Of a stretch of DNA of 64,000 bases, positions 23,501 through 37,700 are shown in pieces; the first letter of the stretch is position 1, and each line of letters opens with the position of its first letter. The position numbers and the translations under genes were made by a program. A model generated the notes under the pieces. The model did no database searches and had not been told where the DNA came from. It saw nothing but the letters and a program-made list of their open reading frames with translations. The stretch is from Paragordius varius. Its lineage: Eukaryota; Animalia; Nematomorpha. The stretch lies in assembly GCA_964247055.1 (NCBI GenBank), contig OZ176056.1, positions 5,146,001 through 5,210,000 of the forward strand, read 5' to 3'.

Positions 23501-26500
23501 TATCCAAATTTTGCTGGTATTATGTTAAATTTTTGGATGTTCCGCTTTTGTAAATATATAACATTATAATTATGTATTTTTAATTCAAAAAGTCTAATAC
23601 GATAGAATTCGCCCCTTTCCAATAAGCCAAGATCGATGATGCAAACTATAGAGACCCGGTGTGAAATAATTGTTTGAATACGCTTAGAGCGTGTTTATAT
23701 TCATTTTAAATTATATTATAAATTATAATGCATCATATGGGATATAACAAAATATGTCTATACGCAATTAAGTTTTCGGGATATTTGGATACCGCTGTAT
23801 ATATTTACCCTTTTTGATTTAATAAATATTAAATCTATTGTATAAATAAATAAATGCTAATAAAAGATTCAGCGAATAGTGTGAAAGTTGTTCTATGACA
23901 TTTAGATTTGTTTTTACAATTTCCCATATGTCGCATTATAACCCACCAAATCTTTCATTTTTTCAATTCATATGCAATTTTAACGTTTTCGAATAAAACT
24001 AAGTTTTATTGCACTATTGCGGTTTCTTGTTTAATAACCAGAGGTAGACATTTTTGAAGGTTGGTTTTAGGGAGCCGACAAAATTATATTTATTTAAATA
24101 ATTGAATCTGGTTTAAAACATTAACTTTTTCCAAAAATTTATTTAACCTAATGTGCGCGAAATTAAGAATATTTTGGCAAATAAATATACCATAAATATT
24201 ATCAACTCACTGCTTATATACAAATCAAGGGTGTCCAACACACAGCCCGCGGTACCCATGCAGCCTTCTAAAATATTTCTGCAGCCGGGGAGAAATTAAA
24301 AATTTTACGAAATCGATTTTTTTTAAAAAAATATAAATCTTTGCGAATTTGGCGATTGACTAGCGATAAATGTTAAAATAAATAATATTTTTTACCGTCC
24401 TTTGTTTAAAATCTAAGATAAAATATGACATATATTTTTCTAATGTGACCCGTCAGATTTGTTAATCCGAAAATGCGGTCCGCGACGCCATTTGTGTTGG
24501 AAACTCCTGATGATCAATCTTAAAGCCCGCATTTTGACTTCCATTATGTAGTATAGATAATGTTCATTTGCCTTATAAGAACAATATGGCTCAGCAAATT
24601 TGAATATATTATTATCGAATAAGTAATAAATCGAGAGGTTATATTTTAAGTAGGGATGAGTTTAATAATCAAATATGCTGATTCGAAGCATAATTCAAAT
24701 TGAAACCGTTTCTTTTAGTAGAAATATCAACTAATATATGGTCTGGGGTCACTATATACCGCAATTCGTAACGAAGTGTTAAATTTATATTAAAACTGCA
24801 ACATAGTAGGCTTAAATGTTAGCTATGAAATAATTAAATTTTTATATAAATTAAAAGTTAGACAAAAGGTTTTACCTTCATATAAAAATGTTTCATTCCA
24901 TATGGGATTGAGATTTTTCTTCTTCACTCTCGTTTCCAATTTACTTTTTCTATCAGGCAAGAGGTATAATTTTACATATGGATCGCTTGTACCAGTAATA
25001 TCTTTTGCGGGTAAATTTTTAGCTTGTATAACCTTTTCATATAAAAATTGAGAATGTGAGTTGAATTACAACATATACAACTTAAATTTAATATGAAAAG
25101 ATTCTTAATTTACTTTAACGACCAAGTTCTGATTTTGAAAATCATAGGTAAGGCCGAAATGAATTGTGCCCAACGAAGCATTTTCTTCCTCTTCGCCTGC
25201 CCCAGATGCGTACAAATCTGCCAATTTTTTGCTATCCTCTTTAAATTTGGCCTAAAATAATATGTTAGATAATCGTTTTAGAAAGTTATGTAATATAAGA
25301 CTCATTTTTATGTATTAAAATTTAATGCAGGCTCACTCTTTACCCACTTAATAATATAATTCAACAAAAATTTAACAAAACTGATCACGTTAATTCGGAA
25401 TTTTTATGATTTACCTATATTTTATAACTAGCAGACAAACATTAACACATTAAATTAAAGGGAAAGGGGTCGATATATTTCTAGCCAAAGTGATGCACAA
25501 TAACACAATATTTATTATCATTGATTATATTAACTATGGTCAACGTTGTTTTTTTGGCCAAGAGCCTTTTTCCATTAAAAGAGGTCTGAGTGAACTTTGC
25601 AAAAAATATTTATAGAGATTATTAATTTTGATAAGATACAGAGTATCGATCCGTTATTTGTTTACTGACTTTTAGATTTATTATTATATTAAGGGGATAA
25701 CGAAAAAGAAGTTTTTGATGGTGAAAGGCGTGTGCTTCGCACTTTTATAATACAAAAATGAGTGTATATCGAATTTCGTTTTCACTAAAACTATTTTTAT
25801 GTTTAAGTCTTTTGGAAAAACAAAAAACACATTTAAGTTTCGTATGTCTATGAATCGCATTTTAGATTATCTCTAATCGAGATTTTACAAAAACAATATA
25901 AAATAATATATATGGTAACCTGATTGTAATGTGATGTGGGTGTTGAATTAGTGTTATTGCCTATGTTATTGTTGGAACCATATGAACGTGTATTTTTAAG
26001 TTTGGTCGGAGATAATAAGGCTGAAGAATTTTGTCGCATGGTTGCAGAGTTTGAAGAAAATTTTGGGGTCCCTTGCTGGCTGCCTAATCTATATATATAT
26101 ATATATATATTATAACATTACACCAAAATCCTCAATAAAATTACCTATAAACAATACAAATTCACCCTTAATTTAAAATTCACTCTCAAAATAATATGTT
26201 TTTTTCCCAATTAACTCATTACTAATGTCATATATTTCTTAGCATAGCTATTATCTTTCTATATTATGTTAAGTTAAATTAAAATAATATTTTATTTTAT
26301 AAAATATAAGTAGTTTTATTCAAAAACACAAAATTTCATTTAGGATGTTAAAATGTCTAAGGGTAAATTGGAATTGATCGAAGGTAAATATGAGATGCAA
26401 TGGCATATATGCATAATGACATATAAATACAAAATATCTGCTTGCTTAATGCTTTAGCAGTTTTAAGTATCATGAACGAAGCTATATAAGTCTATAGATG

Positions 26501-27628
26501 TCTTGATTATATCGTAATTGTATATATGCTAATCAATAGAGACTTGAAATATTTTTCTAGAAAATCACTGCAGCAACTCAAAAGCCACTACTTAGCTCAA
26601 AATCACATAGCCCTATATCATATTCTGATTGTGCCTTCTTAATACAATGTAATAATGATGTACGCCATATGTTGGTTTTAAATTTATTTTTTTGGCAAAT
26701 TTATTTTTAAAAAGCTTATTTTATATTAATTCAGTTGTGAAGAAAAATTTATGATTTGAACCGATAATCTAAATAAAAAATAAATTAAAGAAATTTTTGT
26801 ATTTCAAATGACTAATATTTTAGCTGAACTTATAATAATATTCAGTTTTTAAAGAACTAATATATCTATAAAAAAACATAAAATTGCTAAGAGTTTTATC
26901 AATTAATAATTAAAAACGCAATTCCCTAGCTAAATATTATGCCAAAAAATTACCGAATTCAAGGTTAGAAATGAATATCTATTACCGTTTAGAAAACTTG
27001 AAATTAATAAAAAACATGATTTTATATTTATTATTTTTTTATCTTTAAATAATACTTTTTTAAGAGCATCATTTTATAACAATAAAAAAGTAAAAAGCCT
27101 TTTATCATGACGAAACTATAAAAATTTTATTAACTGGATAAATATTAATTTTTGTCTAATGTGGTAAGGATGTAATAATTTTTGCTTGGTGCTCAAATAC
27201 CAATATGATAAGTCATTTATATTAAATTAATTTTTTAAAAGTCTTTAGATACAATTTAAGAAAAAAAATAAAGTCTGAAGGAATAAACTGAGATATTGTT
27301 TTTATGTGCACAATTTAAATAACGCAAAAACATAAAGGCTGTCCTGTGATTTAGGGGTTATGATGATATATAGAATTAATTTTTTTCGGCCAATTAAGTA
27401 TTAAAATTTTTGGATTATCGAAGCAAAGGCAACAAATAAATTAAAGCCTCGGGTGTTAGAGGAAGAGGTTAAAAATGGGGATTTTTTAATGTAGAGCTCT
27501 TTACAGATATATTTAAATTTGGCAAAATTTCATTTTTTTGGGTTCTGCACCAAAGATTGTAAGTTATCGCAAAAATGTTATATATCAGTCTCAAAAAAGG
27601 GTTCAAATATATATGCTTAAAATTTATA

Positions 27629-27660
<32 letters not shown>

Positions 27661-28652
27661 CATCTAAAATATAAATTTCATCATCACATATGTTAATTTA
27701 CGAAAAATAGATCCAAATACACAAAAATATTTGACATTTGACATATACCAGATAAAATTTAAAAAAAATAAATATAGAGTAGACAATAAAAATAATAAAA
27801 TCGAATAATGGTATACGGAATAATTGTTTGAGTATAATTATGTATTAAAAGATATATTATTTTATAAGGGCTCAACATTTTGAACCCCTTTGAGGTAGTT
27901 TATTACCTCAAAGTGAACCAAAATTTTATATTTCAAAAATATTTGACATTGAGCCATATAGCATTCTATGGCCTTTTAACACAATATCATATTAAAAAAT
28001 GTATTTTTAAAAAACATTTTAACTTTTTGCGGCCGAATATTTTGACTAAATCGCTAAAAATAGACGGAATTATTACTAATGTGTTTTATTTATTTGTTAT
28101 TTTTTAAATTTAGGAATATAGAAGTTGCATTGGGTAAATATCATATAATGCATTACTAGATTTTAGGTCTATGAATTAAAAAAAATATTTAAAATAAAAT
28201 TTTAAAGTCTCATCTCAACTTTTGTTCCGCCATTTTTTTATTTGAATAAATCGCTAATTACAACAGACAGAAAATATAGAGAAAATTTGTAAATAAACAA
28301 TAAAAAAAACCTTTTAAATTATATTTTAACAGCAATGATATTTATTATTTCAAAATTAGCTGTATGTTTCTATTGTTACAATTTCGGACCTTAATATTTA
28401 AAAGTGTCAAAATAAGCTTTTAAATTTGATATTTGAAAGTTTAAAAAAAAGTAGTTAATAATTTTAAGCGCTGGTTCACAAAAATATTACAAAATTTAAT
28501 CGCTACAAAATAATAAAAAGGGAATGAAGTGCTAAGTGTCTGGATTAAACACCACATGAATATTCTCTATCAAAATTTAGAAGGGAGAATAAATATATGT
28601 GTTATATACCTGTCGCCAAACAAAGATGTTGCTAACTTCATCATACTTTATA

Positions 28653-28701
<49 letters not shown>

Positions 28702-31700
28702 TATTATTATTATTATGAACGTTATTTTGAAAAATTATAATTAATTTTATGGGTAAGTATGGATATAAAATGAACTTTCAACAAAATTTCATAATAAAAT
28801 ATTAAAAATAAGCTATATATATATATATATGAATATATAATATAATCCATAAAAATACGGATAATCTTAGATTGATTGGTTAGTCAAATGTTTAATACGG
28901 AAATTATCAATCTCAAAATATAATGCATTTTTTAATCAGTTAGCCAAATATCAATATGAACTCCATTAAAAGATGGAATGATAACGGGAAAATGTATTTG
29001 TCATTCTTTCATATAAGAAGAGATTTTAAAAAAATTAATTAAAACGTGTGTGGGCTAATTAAAAAAACTGTGTTGATAAATAATATAAAATATAGTTGCG
29101 GAACAAATTATTAAAATATAATAGCAATTTTTTATAAGAAAAACACAGAAAAAAATATGTTATTTTATTATTAAATATCTATTATATTAAAATATTGATA
29201 ATGTTGAAATATATTATTACAATTACTTTACAATAAAATTATCGATTTATAGAGTAAAATTGGATATATTCTTAATTATTAAGTATATTTTGTCATTCTG
29301 CCTTTTTAGATCATTTTTTATAAAAAAAAATATGTACTCATGCATTGAAAAATAGCAAAAAACCATCATATATTTGGCTAATAAATATCTTAATACATAT
29401 TTTGCCAATCCTAATTAAAAATTAACTATAAAATCTAATTAACTTAAAACATACAAAATGCGGCTTTTTTTTATTTGCCAAATACTTTTAATGGGATGGA
29501 ATAGAATTAAAGTCAAATTTTGACCTTAAATGTATCAGTTAATAATTTTCTAAAACTTCCGTTCCGGAAAATTCTTGTTAACACCACTAAAATCCTTTAT
29601 AAATTATTTATCCGAAATATAAGATTTATTTTTACCCAATATATTAAGGATGTTAGTTAGCTACTACAGGTTTCCTTAATCAGAGGTGATTCAGCATTAA
29701 CTAAATATGTGTTTATCAATAACCCAGAAAATAACTGTAATATAATTATTATTATATCTTTTGAAACATAGGTCGATAATCTCATCTATAATTAATATGA
29801 TAGGGTATGCTAAATCATTCATAGATTAAAATATATGCTGTATTTATTTTAGTTATCATGGAAACACTAATCTTATAAATAAAAAGGGTATTTATTGCCA
29901 AAAACTCAATAGATCCAAAAAAATTATGTGGCACATTAATTATTTATAAAAAATATTTGATTCAATGAATGATATAGTATATTTGATGATTAGTTTATTT
30001 AAAAATATGTACAACGCACGACGCATCTTTTATTTAAAGTAACATATATTTACAATTATAAAAATATCACAAAAAATATAAAATTTATACTATATTCCTT
30101 TTAAAAATAAACAAATTTTCGTAATATATTAAAAATGATACTAAAATACTTTAATATTTTTTTTGCAGACTACATTTGGGGGGGGGGGGGGGTGGGTATT
30201 CCACCCCGGCATTTAAAATATGTTGGTAAAAAATTAATTATCAAACCATCTTCTAGTTTAGATAAAATTTTTCCTATTTTTTTAAAGGCGAATTCGAATA
30301 GCTCAAATTCGATAAATGCACACTGCGGATTAAAAATTTGTTGTAAAATAATCTAAATGCTATCAAAGGTTTACATTTTACCATAACATACACTTATTAG
30401 TTTTTATAAATATTTAAAGGAAAAAAAGCGGCATTGGCTACGAGTTTTTTAAAATTTTTGCGTTTTTTGTTAAAAATTCAAATCATGCCCATAAGACTAA
30501 AGCAAGGATAGTATTATAAATAAATTTAAGATATATAAATTTTAGGGGCTCTTATATTCCAACCCCCAAAAGTATTAAAGTGTAAAGGAATATATTATAA
30601 ATGGGATGGGGGTTTATATTGTCATTTTCAATAAATTTCACCAAATTAAAGTAATAGAAGCAAAACACCAAAACTCAAACAGCTGATTATCCTTTTCTGA
30701 ATTTTAATTTTCGATTACGTTCAAAATTGGTAACTTTTATTAATTTCGCTTAAGGTGCTCATGACCAGGTCAGTGACTATTTATTTTTTGATCAAGGCCA
30801 ATTAAAAAACAGCTATTTTTTGGAAACTGCTAATTTTTTTGGAAGAGAAATAGTAAGATTTAATTGTTTTTAATATATTTTTTTAAAAATATAAATTAAC
30901 TATTTAAATATGCTTATTTAACAATATAAAGTTGTTAAACATGCATCGTTATAACGTTAGCATTTAAGCACATCCAGTTATTTCAAAAACAAAACAATCA
31001 AGCGCTTTGCAAAATATGCTTTTATATATGTGAACCAATAAAATGAAAAAACATTTTTATAATTGGATATTACAATGATGAAAGAAAGTGTAAAACAAAC
31101 TAATTTTATTTGAAATATCCATTATTAAAAGCTATGTATTTGAAGATTCAGAAGGCCGCAAAGATGTGGCAAAATTTAGTTGAAAACAAAATATTATTAA
31201 ATATAATATTTTGAGAAAAAACATGACATTATTAGTGAAAGGCAAGTGTCGTAGGAACATTATTTTCACAATTAAAATCGTATGATATTTACTTAAATAA
31301 AAAGTGGTCATGACCGTGGTCATGACCATGGTCTGACTGGGTCTGACCGGACTTTTTTGAAAAAGCAGTCAAATCAACTCTATTTTTGCTTCATTTTAAA
31401 ATGTTATAATTATTTTGAAGTGGTGGTTTAATAGTTTTTTTAATGGATCTAATATAGAAAATATATATCATTTAATTAATCATTACCCTATATAAGAAAA
31501 AATAATGCCAAAATATGATAGAAGGCAAACAGATGACTATCACTGGATAATCTTTTAAATACAGTTTTTTTGATGGCATATTAAATTTACCTTGTATTAT
31601 TGTACTAGCATTTTATGAAAGGTATAAGCTCACACAATGATTTGCCTTTTTAGTATGTATTGGCTATATATAAATGTTTTTAGAAAGCTTTAGAAATTAA

Positions 31701-34700
31701 ATGTTAAAAATTTCAAAACCACAATATCTAATTTAACATAGATTTATTGGGTGTTTTGAATTATTTAAACGTGTGCTAAAAGATTTTTACCTAATTTGAC
31801 CAAAGCTTTTGTTTTAACTTGTATTCCTTGATAAAATTTTTGAAACTATAAGAAATTATCTCACCACATTAATTATTTTATAGTTAAGAGTTCCAAAATT
31901 TTAACAGTAATACTTATAATCAGGTGTTTAATCATTATTTTTGTAATCAACTTAAATTCTTATCGCTTTACCCTCAAATTGTTTTTTCGGAGTTCATCAT
32001 CAACTTAACATATAAGAAAACTTAATATAGTGTGCCAAATTTAGGGTCAAATGTAATTTACTAATAATATTTTAATATTCATTAGCTTTCAGAATTCAAT
32101 AAAAATTTCCGGCGTCACTTTTACACGATAACAAACTAATATACTTATTTTTAACGGTCAGCTGTTTTTATGGAAATTTCCTTATAACAATTTTTTATTA
32201 AACAAAATGGCTATAATTTTATGTATCATTATTACAGTCCAAAAAGAGATTAAAAATATTCATGAGTTATAACCAGCAAATTCATTGCTCCTACATTAAT
32301 ATTTGTTGCGACCTATTTTTTAAACTTTATACCTATTTAATGATTGTCGACAGTCATAAAATAAGGTTAAACAATGATTTTTCAAAATAAAATTTTAAGC
32401 AACTCACATATTTTCTTAATAAGGTCTTAATGGTGATTTTAAATTAATTAGTTAAAGTTCGTCATTAATGCAAAATTGCCCTCTATTAATTTAATTTTAA
32501 AACATTTAAGTATCACGTCAGTATCTTAATAGAAAAAAATATAAGTTTTTGTGATTATATTTTAAATTTTATGATTACCATTACACATAAAAAAACTTGA
32601 TAAATTAATCTAATGATTAAAAAGCATATAATTTTCCTTTTTAAACCTCAGCAATTTAATCATTCTTTTCAATACAATAAAAACAACTTTATTAAATTTT
32701 ACAAAATTAAATGCTTTTATTTTAATTAAAATTATTTTTGCATTTTAGACATATGTAAATGTGGAACTTTAACTTATAAACATATATTTTATAATTTTTG
32801 CAAAGTTTGGCCATTTTAATTAAAAATAAATTTTATTAAAATTTAAAATAACTAAATACGTTAATGCTACTTGATCCCCAAATTTATTTGGATATTAAAG
32901 CTGACAAATACACAAAAATTGAAAATACATTATACCACACTATCATAGTATGTCACATTGTACATTTTATGACCCTCATCTTTTAGATAAAGATTGGCTC
33001 CCATAATCCGAAACGAATTCGGGAATCAATCGACATAAAAGAGAAATAAACCAAAAAACGTGAAATAAAAGACACATCTTTCTATTTTTTAATTACGTAA
33101 AGCGATTTTATATTTACCATAGTTTTTAATTATAAAGAGGTTGAAGTAAACCTCAAAAATTATTAAGCCGTTTTTATAGTTTCGTTTATTTATGATGTGT
33201 TATATTTTTAAAAAATTAGGATAATATTTTACAACGAATTTTAACAATTAAACTTTTTTATTTTTAAATTTTTTAAGAATATAATTTAATCTAATAGCGT
33301 CATTTTTTTGTGAAGTTATGAATATTAAAATTTGAACAATGCATTATATTCTACGGTTATCAAATAAAATTTTTCATAATGATTAAATATATATATAGTG
33401 TGCAAAAAAGAGGGTAATTTTTTTTAACAAAAATTTTTTTTTCATGAGAAATTATGATCAGCGTATTCATTTGCCGCAAAAATTTTTATTTGTTGACGAC
33501 CTAGTTTTTGAAATATTAAGAGAAACCAAAATCAGGCAAAGAGTGAAAATTAAGGATAATAAAAAAATAATGACAAAATTTGAGATATTATGGTTTATTA
33601 TCATTTTAGAAGATATCTTTAACATATAAATAGCCTAAAATCATATAGTTAAGGTTTCTATAAAATCTCAGCTCAAAATACGCCGTTTTTTAACACACTT
33701 AAAAGGCAAATTTTTTTATAAAACTATATTAAAATATTTTTTTTTAATTATTTACTAGCTAACTCACTATAAAATTTTAACATTCATGGTTTATTAAGTA
33801 AAAAAAACTTATGTATCAAAATAAAACCAAAAAATATAGTTTTTTATATTTTCATTTTTTTATAATCTGGTTTATGAGTGTATAAAAAATTTAAATTGTT
33901 TTAATTTGGAATCTTACATAAGGAGTTAATATATAATTAATGCAAATAGGAATTAACAATGGAATACCAACCAACAATCCTTATAAATCTCTGTAACAAA
34001 TCTGTTTTACGACAAATTAATAATTTAATTGGGATTTTTACGGATTATTGGTTGATGTTCCACTATTTTTGAAACCTATTTTACATAAATTATATACTTC
34101 ATGATTCCCACTCATGTAAGATTCCAAAAAACACCATAAATTTTTATACACTCATTAAAACAGATGAAAAATGAACAATTAAAAAACAATATTTTTTGGT
34201 TTTATTTTGATACATAAGTTTTTTTACTGAATTAAATATGAATGTTAAGATTTTAATAGTGAGTTTAGCTAGTAAATTATTAAAAAAAATATTTTAATCT
34301 ATTCTCATAAAAAAAATTTTGTCTTTTAAGTGTACTAAAAGAAAAACGCCATCTTTTGAGTTGAGATTTTATAGAAACCCTAACTATATAATTTAGGCTA
34401 TTTATATACTAAAAATATCTTCCATGATAATAAATTATCGTATCTCATATTTTATCATTATTTTTGAATTATCCTTAAATATTCTTAATTTTCACTTGTT
34501 GAAATATTCGATATACTCTTAATATTTCAAAAACTAAGTGGTTGACAAATTAAAATTTTTGCGGCAAAATGCGCTGGTCATAGGCTATCTCATGCAAAAA
34601 AAATTGCACGTAGTTTAAATGTATATATATATATATATATTTAGTCTCTCTTTTTCTTTTTTTAAAGGCAAGGGCTTAAATTGCATTAAGATTTGTGAAA

Positions 34701-37700
34701 GCTTTATCACTCACCTACCCAGGGCTGTTTGAGAGTAACGATGGAAAAATTGCGCAGTGTCTTAAATGATATGGTACGCAACTAGTGTAAGAGGCGTCCT
34801 ATCTAAATAACATCATGCTTTCATGTATTTCATAATAAACCGATTTTAAATTGTAATATTTATTTATTATTATTGACGTATCTTAAAATAAATTAATTTT
34901 AACACAGGAGTTATATTTAATTTAATCTAAATTTTTAAACAATTTTAACATCTTAAATTAAGTAAAACTACAAAAACGGTTAGATTTTTCAATCTACCCT
35001 AAGATTGCTTTTTTAATGTTTATTTTTATGATTATCAAAAATTCAGTGTCTTGTATTTCAGCTAAATTGATATTGGCATATTATATATATATATATATAT
35101 ATGAATATATTTAACAGGATTAATTGTGTACACTGTCTATATTTGATTACAATTTTCGGGCATATATATATTATAGTTTCCATAAGAGTACCTCCTTCTT
35201 TTAAATATGCCAACAAAAAAATAGTATGGGATATTTACGCTAAATAGTTAAATCGAACTCTTTTTAACATAATTCAAAACAAATAGGATTGTTTCATATA
35301 TTTCCAACAATAGTAAACACATTAAATTAATTTGAAACGTCTTCTAGGTTTTTGATGTTAATTATGTTAATAATAAGAAAAAAAATCTATTATTTTTAGG
35401 TCATATATATCCTAGGTCGGATGTTAAGGCCATTAACTTGAATTTTAGAGCAAATGATCAATCCCTAAAAAGTCATCACCTTGAATATAAGTCCTTAATC
35501 ATTTCGAAAAACGTGCAAGTCAGTCCGTATTTTAACTTTAAATCGTCCAAATAATTTCTTTATAAAAGCGTATTCAAGTTTCTTGGATTTGCTGATTTTT
35601 TCATTTTCATATGTATTTTTTAAATAAATAGTAAAAGCTAGTGTCTTCACAGCAATTATTGAGAAAAAGTGTGTGGGTTTTTTTGGCTTCTATTTATTAA
35701 AAGCCAGAATGAAATTTTATTAACGCTTGGTAAAAATGCTAGTTCATTTAAAATAAAAACAACCGAGATTTCGCAATAAAAATCTTAAATATACGCTAAA
35801 TTTTAATTCTGAGGCAATAGCTAAAAATAAAAATGTTGCGGATATCTGATAAAACGAACCATATATTGGTGCAAGGGAAAAGCCAAAAGTTTAAATCAAA
35901 TGCATCACATAATTCTTTTTGGATGTAATTATCTGAATGGCTAATTCTATAACATCCTAAATTGTTTTGATTAACACTTCGATTCAAATTGGGTTATCTA
36001 AATACCCCATACAAAATTTAAAATAATATTTTTAAAATAATCCTGAAGGAAACTGTCCCATTTTAAATTTATGCTTCTGCTTCTATCCTAATAAAAATTT
36101 TATAAAAAAAACAAATTATCTAAATAAAATTTCGTTTTGAAAAATAAGTTCCATGTCACACTACTTGGACGCCATTTTTTTTTCCAAAATTTTTATACGC
36201 CTTCATTTAATTTTAAAGGTATAATTAAAGCTAATTTTTTAATTAAATCGCATTTAACAACTATAGAAATAGAAAAAGTGGTTTATTTTTTATTATTTTT
36301 GCATTTAGCTAATGCACATATGTTACGTTGACTAAATTTTTGCCTTTAGGTTTTACATTAAAATAAGTAATCTCAAGTATTTTGAATAAATATTTCGGTT
36401 TATTAATGTTATATAAATGCAAACTTTTGCCAAGGTTTCGATTCCTTCCATATTTTATAAAGTATTTAATTTCAAACAGGCTTGGGGTATCCAACTACCC
36501 CAATTTAAATCGAAGTACTTAAATCGATATGTTTTATCCAAGTGTTAAATAAACAGTTCTAGAACATCATTGAATCCAGTTAACTTAACCGAAACTTTAA
36601 TGCGAAAGACTAAGCTCGGTTTTTAGGTAATAAATTAGTTGTAATTTTAGAAAAACTATGGTTTATGTAAACAAAAAATTAAATAAAATGTTGCTTACAA
36701 GAATTCTTCTTGACTTGTGGACGGATATCTAAATTAAATAAAAAATATGATAAATATTATGTTTACAAATTTTGGATTTCAACATAACAGTTATTATTTA
36801 TATTATTAAAATTATAAACCATTACAACTAATAGAGTTAATAAAATTCATAGCTAAAGGGTTATACATTTGACCTTTAAAAATATATACAATAATATTAA
36901 TGTATTTTATAATATTTTTAAATCTTAAGCGATGACATGTATGTCAGAAATTAATAATTAGTCCGTTTTAAAATTGTTGTTAATACAATTACGTTTGAAA
37001 ATATATAGCAAGTTAAAATTATAAAACAATATATCCTGTATATAAAATTTTTATCTTTATCATTTGTTCGAGCATAAAAAATTCTCTAAAAATTATTTTA
37101 TAAGTTATCATTTAAATGTAATAATTTTTAATAATCTAGTGTACGAAAATCGGATAACTGTATCGATTCACAAGATTCTAGTGTTTTTGTTCTAGGAATT
37201 CTTATGGGCCGTATTGAAATATTATTTATTTGTATACAGTATTACGCACTCTATCTTATTTTTTGGAATATTGCATGCTTTATATATAAATTCATATTTT
37301 TAAAAAACGTGCCATGCCAAATTCAGGAATAAAAAGGTAATTTTAAAATATGGAAATTTACCAGCTTTCATAATCTGGGAAAAATTGTGTCATTTAAAAA
37401 ATACTTTTTTTACTTATAATCCTAATATTTGGCAGACGAAATTAAATAAGGTTTTTTAGTAGGCATAAATAAGCTTATTGATTTATAAATTAACAAGGAT
37501 AAATATATACAATGTGTGCAAAAAAACTATAATAATTTTTTTTTCACAGATAGCTTATGAGCGAATTGATCCGTAAAAATTATTATCTGTTTACGACCTA
37601 GTTTTTGAAATATTGTGAGAAAATCGAAATCGGGCAAAAGTGAAAAAGGATGATAAAGGATAATAATTCAAAAAATAATGATAAAAGTTGAGATATTATG

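Noticed and set aside
28529-28744. ORF with poly-Leu 'transmembrane' stretch
   Set aside because: The poly-Leu is simply the (TTA)n microsatellite. Similarly, the YIYIYI in ORF 27469-27663 comes from (TA)n.
35455-35500. Minus-strand YIQGDDFLG resembling an RdRp GDD motif (endogenous virus)
   Set aside because: Only about 15 open codons and no other polymerase motifs nearby; compatible with chance.
37141-37332. 63-codon plus-strand open frame with hydrophobic stretch
   Set aside because: No recognisable homology or convincing splice partners; hydrophobic frames are common in T-rich DNA.
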